Source: Octopus sinensis (lineage: Eukaryota). From it: DNA of 64,000 nt. The notes beneath the pieces are model-generated. The model did no database searches and was not told the DNA's origin. It saw only the letters and a program-made list of their open reading frames with translations. Below, in pieces: positions 10,956 to 24,082 of this stretch (its first letter is position 1; each line of letters begins with the position of its first letter). Location of the stretch: contig NC_043012.1 of NCBI RefSeq assembly GCF_006345805.1, positions 25,234,001 through 25,298,000 of the forward strand, read 5' to 3'. A program made the translations under genes and the position numbers.

Positions 10956-13031
10956 TGCTGTGCCTGCATTTATAGCACGTCGATTGCAAAATATCGTATC
11001 CGTGGATAGGAAATATGGAACACGACAGTACACCAGGCAAATTAATGTCTCTCTTCATATATGGCACAGCATACATTTATACCTATTATAGTATACATAT
11101 ACATATATATATATCTATATATATATATTATATATATATATATATATATATTTATAATATATATATATATATTAGAACGGGAAGCTTTATGAAAATAGAC
11201 AAAAGACGAAGGCAGGTTTACGGAAATATGTATAATATATATATATATATATATATATATGTATACATATATATGCATATAATATACATATGTTTATATA
11301 TACACACAGAGATGCAATAAATAGATATGCATGTATGTACTTATCTCTTTCCAACTCTCTCTCTCTGTTATCTATATATATGTATATCTTTATATATACA
11401 TGTATACACATATACATGCATGTATATATATACATATATATATATGCATATATATATGTATATACGTGTCATATAAACATATATATATATTTATACATGT
11501 ACATATATATATATGTATGTATAATAATATATATACAAATATATATATATATATATACTATATATATATATATACATCGTACATACGTGTATATATTTAT
11601 ATACATTCATATGGCTGTGTACGTACATGTGTCTGTATGCGTGTGTATGCGTGTGTATGCGCGTGTGTCTGTGTGTGTGCATAATTCTTATCGTCTCACT
11701 TCCTCTCTTCTTTCCTGTCTGTCTTTCGTTAATTCTCCTATAATGAATGGTTACAAGACAACAGTGCAGATTTTCTTGAATTCTGTATATATAATCTCGA
11801 TGACACATCTTTAATGAATCAATAACTGCCAACCAAGAACTATATCCGTGTCTTCCAAAACAATATTAAATTCTAAATTCTTAATGGATTACCGCTCCTC
11901 CCTCTACAGAAGCACTTACCACCCACCCCGATCCCCTACTATCCGCCTACTCTAACTAATCTGGTCTCATACGTCTGTTCAATCATCTGGCATAGTGTAA
12001 ACATTGTGACATATATGAAAATCCTGTAGTGTTTTCAGTACGTTTTCAATACGGTTTTCAGAATGTTTTCGTTGTATAAATGATGCTAATGTTTCGAAAT
12101 ATCTTTTGATCATTCTACGTAGAAAAATTCTATTAGAGATCTTTTATACTAACGATCTTATTCTTCAATTCTAGTTTTCTCTTTCGTTAGTCATAAATTG
12201 ATGAATACAGTTTCAATGTTAATAAGCCAAATATATCAGTCTTTTAAGACTTTTTTTTCTGAGCTAATTTAAAACGCTATTACTCAGTGACTAACACAAC
12301 TATGTCACGATATTTTTAGTCGTTTCAACGCAAGAATCTCCATGTGGTTGAAAGCTTTGCTAGAAAGAGCAGATACACATCTTTCCAATTACTCTGTATT
12401 ATCTCAAGAAGTGACAGAACGTTTGATGTAAATAAAGACGAGTGACCATACAGCTTACTAAGATTTTAGATAGAACAGACACAAGGCTTTTAAATCATAC
12501 GTCTGTATGTATGTATGTGTGTGTGTGTGTGTGTGTATACTATACGTATATATATATATATATATATGTACAATATGTGTGTGTGTTTTGCAACACCTAG
12601 CGTGCAGGACAACAGTTTTTTTAATGTATTTTTAATATTTTTATTCTTTTATTTTTCTATGTGTTTCAGTCATCTGACTACGGCCAAACAAATCAACCTC
12701 AGGTCTTATTTTACTAAGGCGTAATACATATTCTATCAACCACTTTTGCCGAACCGCTAGTTACGGGAAGGGTAAACACACCAACGCAGGCACACACACA
12801 TATACACGAACACATATATACACACACTTACATATCATATATATATATTATTATATATATATATATATAATATAAAATGGGACAAGAACGCAAAACATCC
12901 AGAGAGTTAGGTGATACAAAAAAAGGGAAAAAAGCATCCAGATAGACGATACAAAGAAAACCAGGACGGGTCATTCGTAGAGTTTTCTTTCCTCATCGAG
13001 TTCCAGATTATCTTTGCAATTTCGGCATAAA

Positions 13032-13178
13032 CGACGGGCTTCTTTCAGTTTCCATCTACCAAATCCAATCGCAAGTCTTTAGTCGGCCCGAGACTAAATT
13101 AGAGGACACTTTCCCAAGTGGGACTGAATCCGGAACCATGTGGCTGGGAAGGGTATTTCTTATTAAACAGCCATGCTT
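13032..13178 (-). mobile_element. SINE family D, 5' half
   Basis: CGACGGGCTTCTTTCAGTTTCC.TCTACCAAATCC is the reverse complement of 49195-49235. Confidence 0.85.
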
Positions 13179-13477
13179 CGTCTCGGACACCAAGCGTTTC
13201 GACAAAATATTAAATACAAGGGTGAAAATACAAATATGTAATCCATGACATGACTGCTACTCAATGTCTGAAACAAGTAAAAGATAAAAGATATACATAT
13301 ATGTACATATATATACATATACATCAATAAATGTATATTAGTGGTATTAATTGTAGGTATATATATATAAGTATGTAACTGTATATCCCTGTAAATATAG
13401 TCGAATATATAACCTAATAAGTTGGCTCTCCCCGAATGGAGTTTGAAACCTGATGCAACACTACATACGACTGATTG

Positions 13478-13639
13478 AAAAATAATTGAAAAATCTACAC
13501 CTTGTGTTAATGAATCAAATAAATGTAAGCTATGCTTAGGTGAAATGACTCAGATCCATTTCAGATGGAAGACCTCCAACTCACTACTGAAATCTTCACC
13601 GGTTGTAAACATATACTTAAATTTCATTTGAAGGATTAG
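13478..13639 (+). mobile_element. Penelope-like element GIY-YIG endonuclease C-terminal remnant
   Basis: KIIEKSTPCVNESNKCKLCLGEMTQI, then after a frameshift EIFTGCKHILKFHLKD*. This fits the CxLCxxE...CRH/CKH tail typical of PLE endonucleases. Confidence 0.6.
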
Positions 13640-13747
13640 AAAATCCTACCTATACCTGAAGGAGCACATTCTTTTGGCTTATCTTACGATCAAGGAACAG
13701 TACATTTATATATATACGCACAAAACACACACATATGTATGTAAATA

Positions 13748-13815
<68 letters not shown>

Positions 13816-14108
13816 TTCATATTAAATATAATATATATACGTATACACACACACATACATTCATGTGTATAATATATATATATATATATATATATACGTG
13901 CATATCTTTACTTTAAACCACGAATATCTTTGAAAGTGACTTCGAAGTTTCATCCAGTTAAGCAGCATTCTGCAGCCGTCTTTAAGATTACTAAAATTTT
14001 AGTCAGCATAATATAGAATAACTTATAAGACTAATGTAAAATGGATTGGTGTAACGTACCATGGAACCCAATATTAATATATATATGTATATCCATAAAC
14101 ATATCCAA

Positions 14109-14146
<38 letters not shown>

Positions 14147-14637
14147 TATATTATATATATATATATATAGATATATATATATATATATACATATATATAA
14201 ATATACATACACATATATAAATATTTGTAAGTATGTATACATGCATACGTACATACATATGTAGTATGTATATATATATATATAATTATTATATAAATAT
14301 ATAATATATATATATAATATATATATATATATTATATGTGGATATACTGGTTACCAATGTCCGAAATGTTAGAGTATCGCCATAATTGTCTTCAGGTGAT
14401 ATATAGACTTTAATGGGATTTTAATAATTTTCAACGATCTGGACATCAGTAAGGTCATATAAGCGATATAATTATAAGATACTCAAACATATGAGATTTG
14501 ATTCTTATATTGATCTATGGTTTTCCTTGATTATTTGAGGGGGAATATCTGATTCATATATATACACGCATAGGTAGGTACGTGCGCAAATAAACACGTA
14601 TATACACACACAACACACACACTTACACACACATGCA

Positions 14638-14680
<43 letters not shown>

Positions 14681-15669
14681 CATACAAAAGTACTCAAACA
14701 TTAAAACCATTCCTTTTACAAAACCAGTCCAATTTACATACATACATTCATGTATGTATGTACTTATCCCCATATAAAACTATCTATATAATTATCTCTC
14801 TATCCATCTGATCAATTATCTGTCTGCCAGCCTGTCTGCCTGTCTGCCTGCCTGTCTGTCTCCCTCTACACACACGCACATACATACACACACATACACA
14901 TATACACAAACACAAGCATCGACAATTTCTTATTTTCCAAAGAATATATACATTCATACATACGTACACTCACACAAACATACACGCACACACACACACA
15001 CGAAATGTATTATACACGAAATGTATAATATTAAATATCTATAACGGTTGATTTTACTAATCGGTTTGGCGTAAAGAATACAATGGAGTGTTAGGTAACA
15101 ATCCGATTTTATAACTTTACGCTCATCAGAGTTAGCAGATATGAAATGGAATATGGCGACAGCTCTCAATTGTCGAAGATAGATTAACTAGCACAATCGT
15201 TCAGCAGTTGCTGTGAAAGGAAAAATGGCCAGGGCATTTGGTTAAGAGTTATGAGCGGCATGAATACGGCATGAGTTATCCTGATGTGGGGAAAGTGTGA
15301 ATTGTTAATGTGGTGCTGTAGTGGGGTTGGGCTTTGTGATGTGGAGTGTGTGAGATGTGTAGCGGTATCATATGTATAATTTTTGTCCGGGTGTGTAGGT
15401 ACATATAGTTCTACGCATATGCTCACCCGCACCAACCACAAATGAGCACAGTAATATGTATTAATAATTATACTTACGCAGGAGTGTATGCATATGTGTA
15501 TGTATATATATATAATTTGCATTCCATTGTAAAACTAGAGCTTTTCATCCTTAGAATTACCTACTCCTTCTTGCTGACTGTATTCAATTGTATACACACA
15601 TACATACATCGTAAATACATGCATACATTCATACATTAAATTACCTACATACATAATATATATTATATA

Positions 15670-15700
<31 letters not shown>

Positions 15701-15890
15701 GTCCTTACCCTCGAAAAGAAGAAGTAGATGAAACAGGGACAAACTGATGAAGGGGAATATTCTTTATGTTGCATTTCTCGTTTCTCTGTTTGTTTTTTCG
15801 TTGTTCGAACAACGCTTTCTATGTTTTTGTTTTTATATTTTCGTTTCTCATTGTGATCAACGTGTTTTTGACGTCCTGTGCCTAATATAC

Positions 15891-15963
<73 letters not shown>

Positions 15964-16011
15964 TTGTAGGTATGTAACATATGTATGTGTATATGCATAC
16001 ATTAATATATT

Positions 16012-16360
16012 TATAAAATTAAAATCAAAATAAGGGTGAAAATTGGATATTAATTTTGATAACATAAATTTTAACACCAGTGGTGTAGCATATAAAAAAA
16101 ACTGAGAATCAGTAAATAGTATTTCATGCATAAATATAAGTGGGAATTTTTAACCACTATGTGGAAACCCTTATGCTAGAAGAAGATCTGCTATGGTCTC
16201 AACCACTAGGAATTGTCCTCCAGAAAATTTAGCACACGCTTACGTTTCTGGTGTGCTAAATTTTCTGGAGAACAATTCTTAGTGGTTGAGATCATAATGG
16301 ATCTTCTTCTAGCATAAGGGTTTCCACATAGTGGTTAAAAATTCCCACTTATATTTATGT
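16012..16360 (+). mobile_element. Palindromic MITE-like element (109-bp arms 16129-16237 and 16251-16359)
   Basis: The arms are reverse complements with 6 transition mismatches and a 13-nt loop. The flank 16012-16128 is homologous to 26244-26350 (reverse strand) and 39875-39930. Confidence 0.75.
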
Positions 16361-16381
16361 ATATATATGTATATATATTTA

Positions 16382-16444
<63 letters not shown>

Positions 16445-17039
16445 GTATGCATATATGTATGTATATGTATGTATGTATGTATGTATATAAGCTCACATTA
16501 TACGACAGGATGATCAGATAAAGCAGTATGGCCAAAAGAAACAAAAAAACCCTATCATAGAATCTACAATATATATTATTTTAATAAATAGATCGATGAA
16601 TACATTGATTATCCCTCTGTTAACACCATAGCTAATGGCGTGTCCTGCTATAGCTTCCGGATAATATCTAATTAATCCATCTCTACATGTTGATGCTTAA
16701 CAAAAGAATGGCGATAAATATGTTTTCCTTCTTCCCTTGCATTTAGATATCACGTATTCTAATCGTTTGCTCTTTGTATAACTATATTATGTCCATATGT
16801 ATGTTTAAAGCTTATGTTTAAACGATAACGCTTATGTATATGTACGTCGTTTGTTTGCATGAACTGTTCAATTAGATTTGGATATTAGATTAGGGTATGT
16901 ATCTCATTTATTTTATTACGTCTATATTTGTATACATGCTTGAATAGAAATATGCTTTCGTAAACATATACATGCAGATATAGCTATATATAAAGTGAGT
17001 GCGCACGCGTATGTTGCAGTGTGGCCAAAATTTTTCTGG

Positions 17040-17165
17040 AAGGAAGAACATGGTTATGTTCAGTCCCACTACGTGGAACCTAGGCAAATTACTTCTGCGG
17101 TCGAGCAGATCAAAGCCTTGTGAGTGAATGTGGTCGATGGATCCTTAAAGAAACTTGTGGCATAT
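17040..17165 (+). mobile_element. Degraded SINE family D
   Basis: CATGGTT..GTTCAGTCCCACT.CGTGG...AAAGCCTTGTGAGTG. Confidence 0.7.
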
Positions 17166-17235
17166 ATACATTACATACATACATACATACATACATAAAT
17201 ATATACATACATACATCATACACATACACGCACAG

Positions 17236-17291
<56 letters not shown>

Positions 17292-17319
17292 GTGATCTCT
17301 TGAGCACCACCAGCTCAAA

Positions 17320-17500
17320 TATTTTTTCCTCTGTCTTCCCTTCTTGGGATCTTTCCTTCTCCGTGTTTCCGACGAAGAGCTCCGCTCGAAACGTTAAACC
17401 CTCCTTCCCTTCTTTCCTGAGCGTCAATAATACTTTAATTGTTCCACGTCCTGCGTTGCTGTGTTTTTTTTCTCTTTTTTTCTGTGTTTTCTTGTTTGGA
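17320..17500 (+). mobile_element. Family B1 fragment with HHR-like motif (17365-17399)
   Basis: GTTT-CCGACGA-A-GAGC-TCC-GCTC-GAAAC-GTT-AAAC. Confidence 0.7.
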
Positions 17501-17655
17501 TTAACTATATATATATATTATATATATAATTTATATATAGAGGGCATTATTATACATAGATGCCACACGCTAAGAGGGACAAAAAGTCATTTCTACCAAA
17601 AATTTTACTGATCCCACCGAATGCAATCTTTCAAAGCAGGACATTTAAAAAATAT

Positions 17656-17704
17656 AGACTTGTATCACCTGTGATTTCGTACTTACGTACTCCTCAGCAA
17701 GCCT
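17656..17704 (-). ncRNA. Canonical type I hammerhead ribozyme (left copy)
   Basis: AGGCUUG-CUGAGGA-GUAC-GUAA-GUAC-GAAA-UCAC-AG-GUGA-UA-CAAGUCU: 7-bp stem I, 4-bp stem II with GNRA loop, closed stem III, AUA cleavage triplet. Confidence 0.9.
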
Positions 17705-18111
17705 GAACGTATCATAAATAAACGACCCTGTCTCGTCGAAGCCAAGCAGCTAACTGTTCAACGTCAACGAAGCACATGGGGCAGTTTACATATATTACAT
17801 CCGGTAAATGGCATGCTTCTTCGAATTGCATTTCGGTTGAGAAAGTTTTTTCGGAATAAAATTATTTAGCAATTAAGGACAACTTCTTAATAAGGAATCT
17901 TAATAAGAAATTATCAGGTAGATAGCGTGAAAAACCTCATAAGAGAAAAATTTCGAAAATAATTCTTTCTTATTGAACATATTAATTTATATATAGAGGG
18001 CATTATTATACATAGATGCCACACGCTAAGAGGGACAAAAAGTCATTTCTACCAAAAATTTTACTAATCCCACCGAATGCAATCTTTCAAAGCAAGACAT
18101 TTAAAAAATAT

Positions 18112-18160
18112 AGACTTGTATCACCTGTGATTTCGTACTTACGTACTCCTCAGCAAGCCT
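18112..18160 (-). ncRNA. Canonical type I hammerhead ribozyme (right copy)
   Basis: Identical to 17656-17704, 456 bp away. Confidence 0.9.
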
Positions 18161-18184
18161 GAACGTATCATAAATAAACGACCC

Positions 18185-18221
<37 letters not shown>

Positions 18222-18232
18222 GCATATATATA

Positions 18233-18895
18233 CAGGATCCAGTGAACAAATAATTGTCATCTAAATTATGCAAAAATGAAAATAACACTGACATCTCATT
18301 TTAACAGATATACATACCAAAATGATATGAAAATAACTTGATATACTAAAGTAAATTTATACAATAAAATCACTATTGGCTACAACAACGGCTTCCAAAC
18401 GACTTCGGAATCTCTTTCATTAAGTTAGTGAATGCTGCCATAATCTTTGTCTTCAGTTCATGTTTGGTATTACAAGGAGTCTTGTTGGTCTCTCGCTCAA
18501 CTGCGCACACATATAATAATCAAGTGGGTTACACTCTGGTGAGTAAGGTGGCCAGATGTTAGGGGCGATGTGGTCGGAGTAATTTTGTCTGACAGCCATC
18601 ATTACGTTATCCTGCTTGTGTGGCACGGTTCAGAGTCCAGTTGCCAGACACAGGGTCTTACAGTATCCACCTTCTTGACCTAAGGCTGCACTTCCTCCTC
18701 CTTGCACTTGATGTAGACCTCCGTATTGAGTCTGAGGCCGTCTGGGAAGATGAATGGAGGCAAGAAGTCGGCATCATTAGTGAATATTACTCCGAGCAAC
18801 ATGATGTTGATTGGATGTTTGGTTTTTATCATTATCGGTACATGTTTTGGGGACATGGCAAGCCACCTGTTGTTCTGTGTGTTTGCTGAATGGTC
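18233..18895 (-). mobile_element. Degraded maT (DD37D) transposase, 3' half
   Basis: [29 protein letters not shown]...WQLDSEPCHTS...HIAPNIWPPYSPECNPLDY with stops and frameshifts. The spacing fits DD37D. A CAGG terminus follows TA at about 18231. Confidence 0.8.
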
Positions 18896-18988
18896 CGAGG
18901 TTATAGTAGAAAACACTTGCCCAAGGTGCCACGAAGTAGGACTGATCCATGTGGTCGAGACACTCCTTACGAGACAGCTACACCTGCG

Positions 18989-18991
<3 letters not shown>
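18895..18991 (-). mobile_element. SINE family D head fragment
   Basis: CCGAGG.TATAGTAGAA.ACACTTGCCCAAGGTGCCACG...CCTGCGCC. Confidence 0.8.
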
Positions 18992-19037
<46 letters not shown>

Positions 19038-19682
19038 TGTATGTATATATATGTGTATAAATGTATGTATATATATGTATATGTGTATATATATACATGT
19101 ATGTACATGTGTGTAAATATATATGTATATATTAGTATGTATGCACATACTTATACAAATATACATACACACACACACACACACACACACAACAACAACA
19201 GCACACATACACATGTATATAAACTGGGTTAGTATTTTTTTCACACAGAACTGCTACAAAAAGAAAAATAACTGAAATTAGTATCACAAAAGCAAACCAA
19301 TGTATTTATGCTCAAATTAACATAGATCTAATCTTTAAGTACCGTCTACGACAAACAGCTGTGAACTTCATTACCCAATTACACTTCCCACTAATATTGA
19401 TAATCCTCTGCCTCAGTGAATTTATTAATATATTTGCATACTATCAATAGTTCCCCACGAAGGAATGCAGAATTGATCATCAACTACGTAATGCAGCACT
19501 TCTGGATCACAGAACGTGATGGAGTGGATTAAAATTATCGGCAATTTCGATATAATTGTTGGACAGGACACGCATTTCGTTATATATCAGAATTGACTGA
19601 TATATAAACGCTCGCACGTATAAAGGCACGTACGCATAGATATCCACATATTTGTAAATATCTGTATACCTGTTTACATACA

Positions 19683-19723
<41 letters not shown>

Positions 19724-19828
19724 ATATATATACACACATACACCCACATATATATATATATACACGCAACACACACACACACACACATATATGCATTTAT
19801 ATACACAGGTATATAGATATTTATATAC

Positions 19829-19893
<65 letters not shown>

Positions 19894-20156
19894 TATATAT
19901 ATATATAATTTAGATAAAAAAACTCTATAATTCAATAGTGTGAAGACGTTAGTGACACCATATTAACGGTATATTTATTTTCTCTAAATTATATACATAT
20001 ATCATATATTGATGAAATTCGATTTAGAATTGCTAAATTGAATTTTTCCTGTAAGTTTGAAAATATATTCCCTACTATTATATATATATATATATATCAT
20101 AAATATAAATATAAATATATATATATAGATATATATGTATGTATGGATGTATATAT

Positions 20157-20228
<72 letters not shown>

Positions 20229-20240
20229 CTTATATATATA

Positions 20241-21065
20241 CAGGATGCGTAATATATTGAGGACAGACATATGTTTACAGAAAAAAACAGATATATAACA
20301 ACAGATAATAAATTATTTTTAGCAAAAATGCTAGAAGAAAAATAAGCCTTCTTTTCTATACTGTTACTCAATAAAGTCACCTTCAGGTTCAACAACTGCT
20401 TCTATATAAAGGTCTAAATCCTCTACATGCTTGAATCAAGTGGTCCTGGTTCATTTTGGACATTACTCTGACTATGGCAGCTTGCAAAGAATATTTATTG
20501 CCGTGAGCGTTTTCATTGACCTCTCTCATCAACGCTCCACATGTAACAGTTCAATGAATTTAGATCTGAAGAATTAGGAGGCTAAATGTTAGGGGTTGTG
20601 TGATTATGAAGACGTTCATCCATCCGTTCCTGTGTTACTAGAACCATGTATGATAGTGCCGAGTCTTACTGAATCACGTATGGCATTCAATTACATACAT
20701 TGTATATTCTGGGCTTTACAATTATTTCCAGGACATCACATGTCCTTCATTGCTGACAACCCCTAAAACCATGACAGCTGCAGGAAATATTGTATGCAAA
20801 ATACTTGGAACTTCAGAAGAGTCTGCACATAATAATCTGTCATTTCTTTTGTTAATTTTTGGATCTTCGTCGAAGTTTTTCTGGTTTGAGAAAAAACAAA
20901 TCAAATCTCCTACTGGATTTTTCAGTTTGTTTAAGAATCCTTTAGATCTGATGTAGTGATTTTCTTTGGCTTTTTCTGACAAATTGACCTTTCCTCATCA
21001 TATAAGACTTATATCTGATGTCTTCGCGGACAACATTTCTGACTGTTCCTTCCGACACATGAAGA
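20241..21065 (-). mobile_element. Second degraded maT (DD37D) transposase fragment
   Basis: FFSNQKNFDEDPKINKRNDRLLCAD...AVMVLGVVSNEGHVM...DSALSY...TPNI*PPNSSDLNSLN: 37 residues separate the second D from the final catalytic position (here N). Ends ...EGDFIE* at 20364; CAGGATG terminus at 20241. Confidence 0.8.
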
Positions 21066-21661
21066 GAGGAATGACAAAGAAAAGAAAGAAAACAAAAATA
21101 GAGAGATAAAAGGAGGAGAGAAAGAAAGAATTAAAGTGAAAGAAGAAAGAAGATTAGTAAAAACAAAATAAAGAATCAAATCCCTGAAGATATGAATAAA
21201 GAGAATAAGGAAAAGAAAAAAGAAAAATTAAGATATAGGTTGGTCAGTGGTCTATGGAGGTAGTTTGAGAGTAGGAGTGTGGATAGAGAGAGAAAGGTAT
21301 TATAGTATAAATGATAGAGGAATAGGGGTGTTAAGAGGCAGAAGTACTAGGTGTAGTAGTAGCTTTTAATTGTGAGGCAGATATATGAAGAATTAAGAAT
21401 TAAGGAAATAGCAGTGTTAATTATTCAGAGAAAATATATTTGTGAAGATGTATATACATTTATCAAATAACTTATAGAGATAAGTTACAAATAAAACCTC
21501 ATGTATCATCGTTCCTACATGTGCAGTTATCTAAATTTTGCATGTGTATAAATGTTTACATATACCCACATGTATGCATACATGCATACCCTCACTCGTA
21601 GGTATACATGTGCGTATGTGTTTCATTGACACCATTATCTTATAAATGCATACGTACATAT

Positions 21662-21672
21662 ATGTCTGTCTG

Positions 21673-21738
<66 letters not shown>

Positions 21739-21739
21739 C

Positions 21740-21787
<48 letters not shown>

Positions 21788-21790
21788 CTT
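21662..21790. repeat. (TCTA)n tetranucleotide array
   Basis: Read directly. Confidence 0.95.
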
Positions 21791-22244
21791 TATCTATCTC
21801 TGACTGCAGCTCCACTCGGATATTTGTCTCTCTCTCTCTCTCTCCCCTCACTCACACTCGTTATTGAATATATTTATTCCATGCCAGTTTGCCAATGTCG
21901 CTTCTTCGATTCCATGCGTAGTTTTAAGCCAATGGATTTCCATTTTAATCGAGATTACAGCCTATTCAGTAAAATCGATGTGAGATCGATATCGTGTCAC
22001 GTGATTGTCGGTTATTAAGTGAAGTAGAATGTGATGACGTAAACACTTTACAAATTTGTTTGACACATAACCGCCACCAACACCAACACCAACACTACCA
22101 GAGCAACTTCTATTTCTTACTATTTTTATACTCTTGGCCACCCCTTAAATACTAATACCACCACCACCAACAACAACACCAACACTAACACTACACCACT
22201 ATCTCCATCACCACCACCACAACAACAGCCACCCCTACCATCCC

Positions 22245-22385
22245 TACCACCTTCAGTACGAACACCATTGCCAGTCATACCACCAACATGAAGACACCAG
22301 CGCCACCAGCACCAATACCACCTTCAGTACGAACACCATTGCCATTTATACCACTAACATGAGGACACCAGCATCACCACCACCA
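22245..22385. repeat. Two-copy ~71-bp tandem duplication within a CAC-rich tract
   Basis: TACCACCTTCAGTACGAACACCATTGCCA occurs at 22245 and 22316. Confidence 0.85.
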
Positions 22386-22959
22386 CTACCACCACCACCA
22401 CCACCACCACCACCACCAATACCACCACCACCACAGTAAAATTACTACTGTTGCCGAGGATTATGATGGTGATGATGTTGACGAATTATAGCGAAGATTA
22501 TGATGCTATAATCGTTGTCGTCGTCGTCATCATCATATTCTGTATCATCATTATCATAATGATGATACATATGATGATGATGACGACGACGACAACGACG
22601 ATGATGATGATGAAGGGACCGAGGAGTTCGAAGACGCTGCATCTCATAGTGATTTCGTTCTCGACATAAAATAACATCGCAGCCGCCTTTGACTGGGGTG
22701 ATGATCTGGGTGAGGATTACCACTGAGACCTGAATGTTACAGATGATTAACCACGACAATACTGCAGCTGCCGTTGTTACTGATGGTGATGGTCGCGGTG
22801 GTAGTGTTGGTTGTGGTGATTACAAAAGAGCAGCACTTTCAAAGGGAGCGGCACGGAAAGGCTCAAAGACGAAGTCGAATTCAGAACATGAAGTGCTGTT
22901 GGAAGTGTCGTTCGGCATTTTGTCAGACGCGTTAACAAATCTGCAATTTTACTGATTTA

Positions 22960-22973
22960 ATGGTACTACTACA

Positions 22974-23062
<89 letters not shown>

Positions 23063-23122
23063 TGATGATAATAAAAATGAATAATAAAAATAATAATAAT
23101 AATAATAATATTAATAATGATG

Positions 23123-23216
<94 letters not shown>

Positions 23217-23229
23217 TGATGATAATAAA

Positions 23230-23261
<32 letters not shown>

Positions 23262-23263
23262 TG

Positions 23264-23346
<83 letters not shown>

Positions 23347-23360
23347 TATGATAATAATAA
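22960..23360. repeat. (ACT)n then (AAT)n array
   Basis: Read directly. Confidence 0.95.
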
Positions 23361-23574
23361 AGATCGTGTTAACTGGACTGACTCATGTACATCGTGATAA
23401 CTGGACCGACTGTGAAAACAACATCCATTCATGAATTTATTTAGTTATTAAATTTTTTTAATACATATTTTACCAGTGAATTTGCAAGTGTAATCTGGGA
23501 ATGCATACAAGGAGCTTCTCTGCCCTAGGCGTAAGGAAAACACTCGACGACAAATGGGAGACAATTTGAAGAAG

Positions 23575-24080
23575 AAAAATAATAACAATGATGATAATAA
23601 TAATAATAATAATATTGATAATAACAATAAAAACAATAATAATAATAATAATAATGATAATAATAATAATAATGATAATAATAATAATAACAAAAATAAC
23701 AATAACAATAATAATAACAACAACAACAATAATAATATTATAATAACAACAACAACAATAATGATAATAATAATGATAATAATAATAATAATAATAATAA
23801 CAATAACAATAATAACAATAATAACAACAACAACAGCAATAATAATAATAATAATAATAATAATGATAATAATAATAATAACAACAATAACAATAACAAT
23901 AATAATAACAACAACAACAACAATAACAACAACAGCAACAATAACAACAACAACAACAATAATGATAATAATAATGGTAATAATAATAATAATAATAATA
24001 ATAGCGCTGTTAGTGCTTGACTGGTACTTAACTTATCGATACTGAAATTATGAATGGCATGATAATAGTAATAATAATGA
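23575..24080. repeat. (AAT/AAC)n compound array
   Basis: Read directly; the mariner inserted at a TA at its right edge. Confidence 0.95.
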
Positions 24081-24082
24081 TA

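Larger units (their letters stand above)
17527..18189 (-). mobile_element. Retrozyme-like element: 207-bp direct repeats (17527-17733 and 17983-18189, period 456 bp), each with a hammerhead ribozyme
   Basis: The repeats differ at 2 positions; both carry the identical 49-nt HHR on the minus strand. Confidence 0.7.

Noticed and set aside
15738-15775. CTGATGA-AGGGGAATATTCTTT as an HHR
   Set aside because: It lacks the GAAA core and the NUH/stem I partner.
17527-18189. Reading the 207-bp repeat as a Tc1-type MITE
   Set aside because: The end similarity (GAGGG vs CAGGG) is weak, and the left copy runs on into unique sequence with no boundary. A 456-bp unit explains it better.
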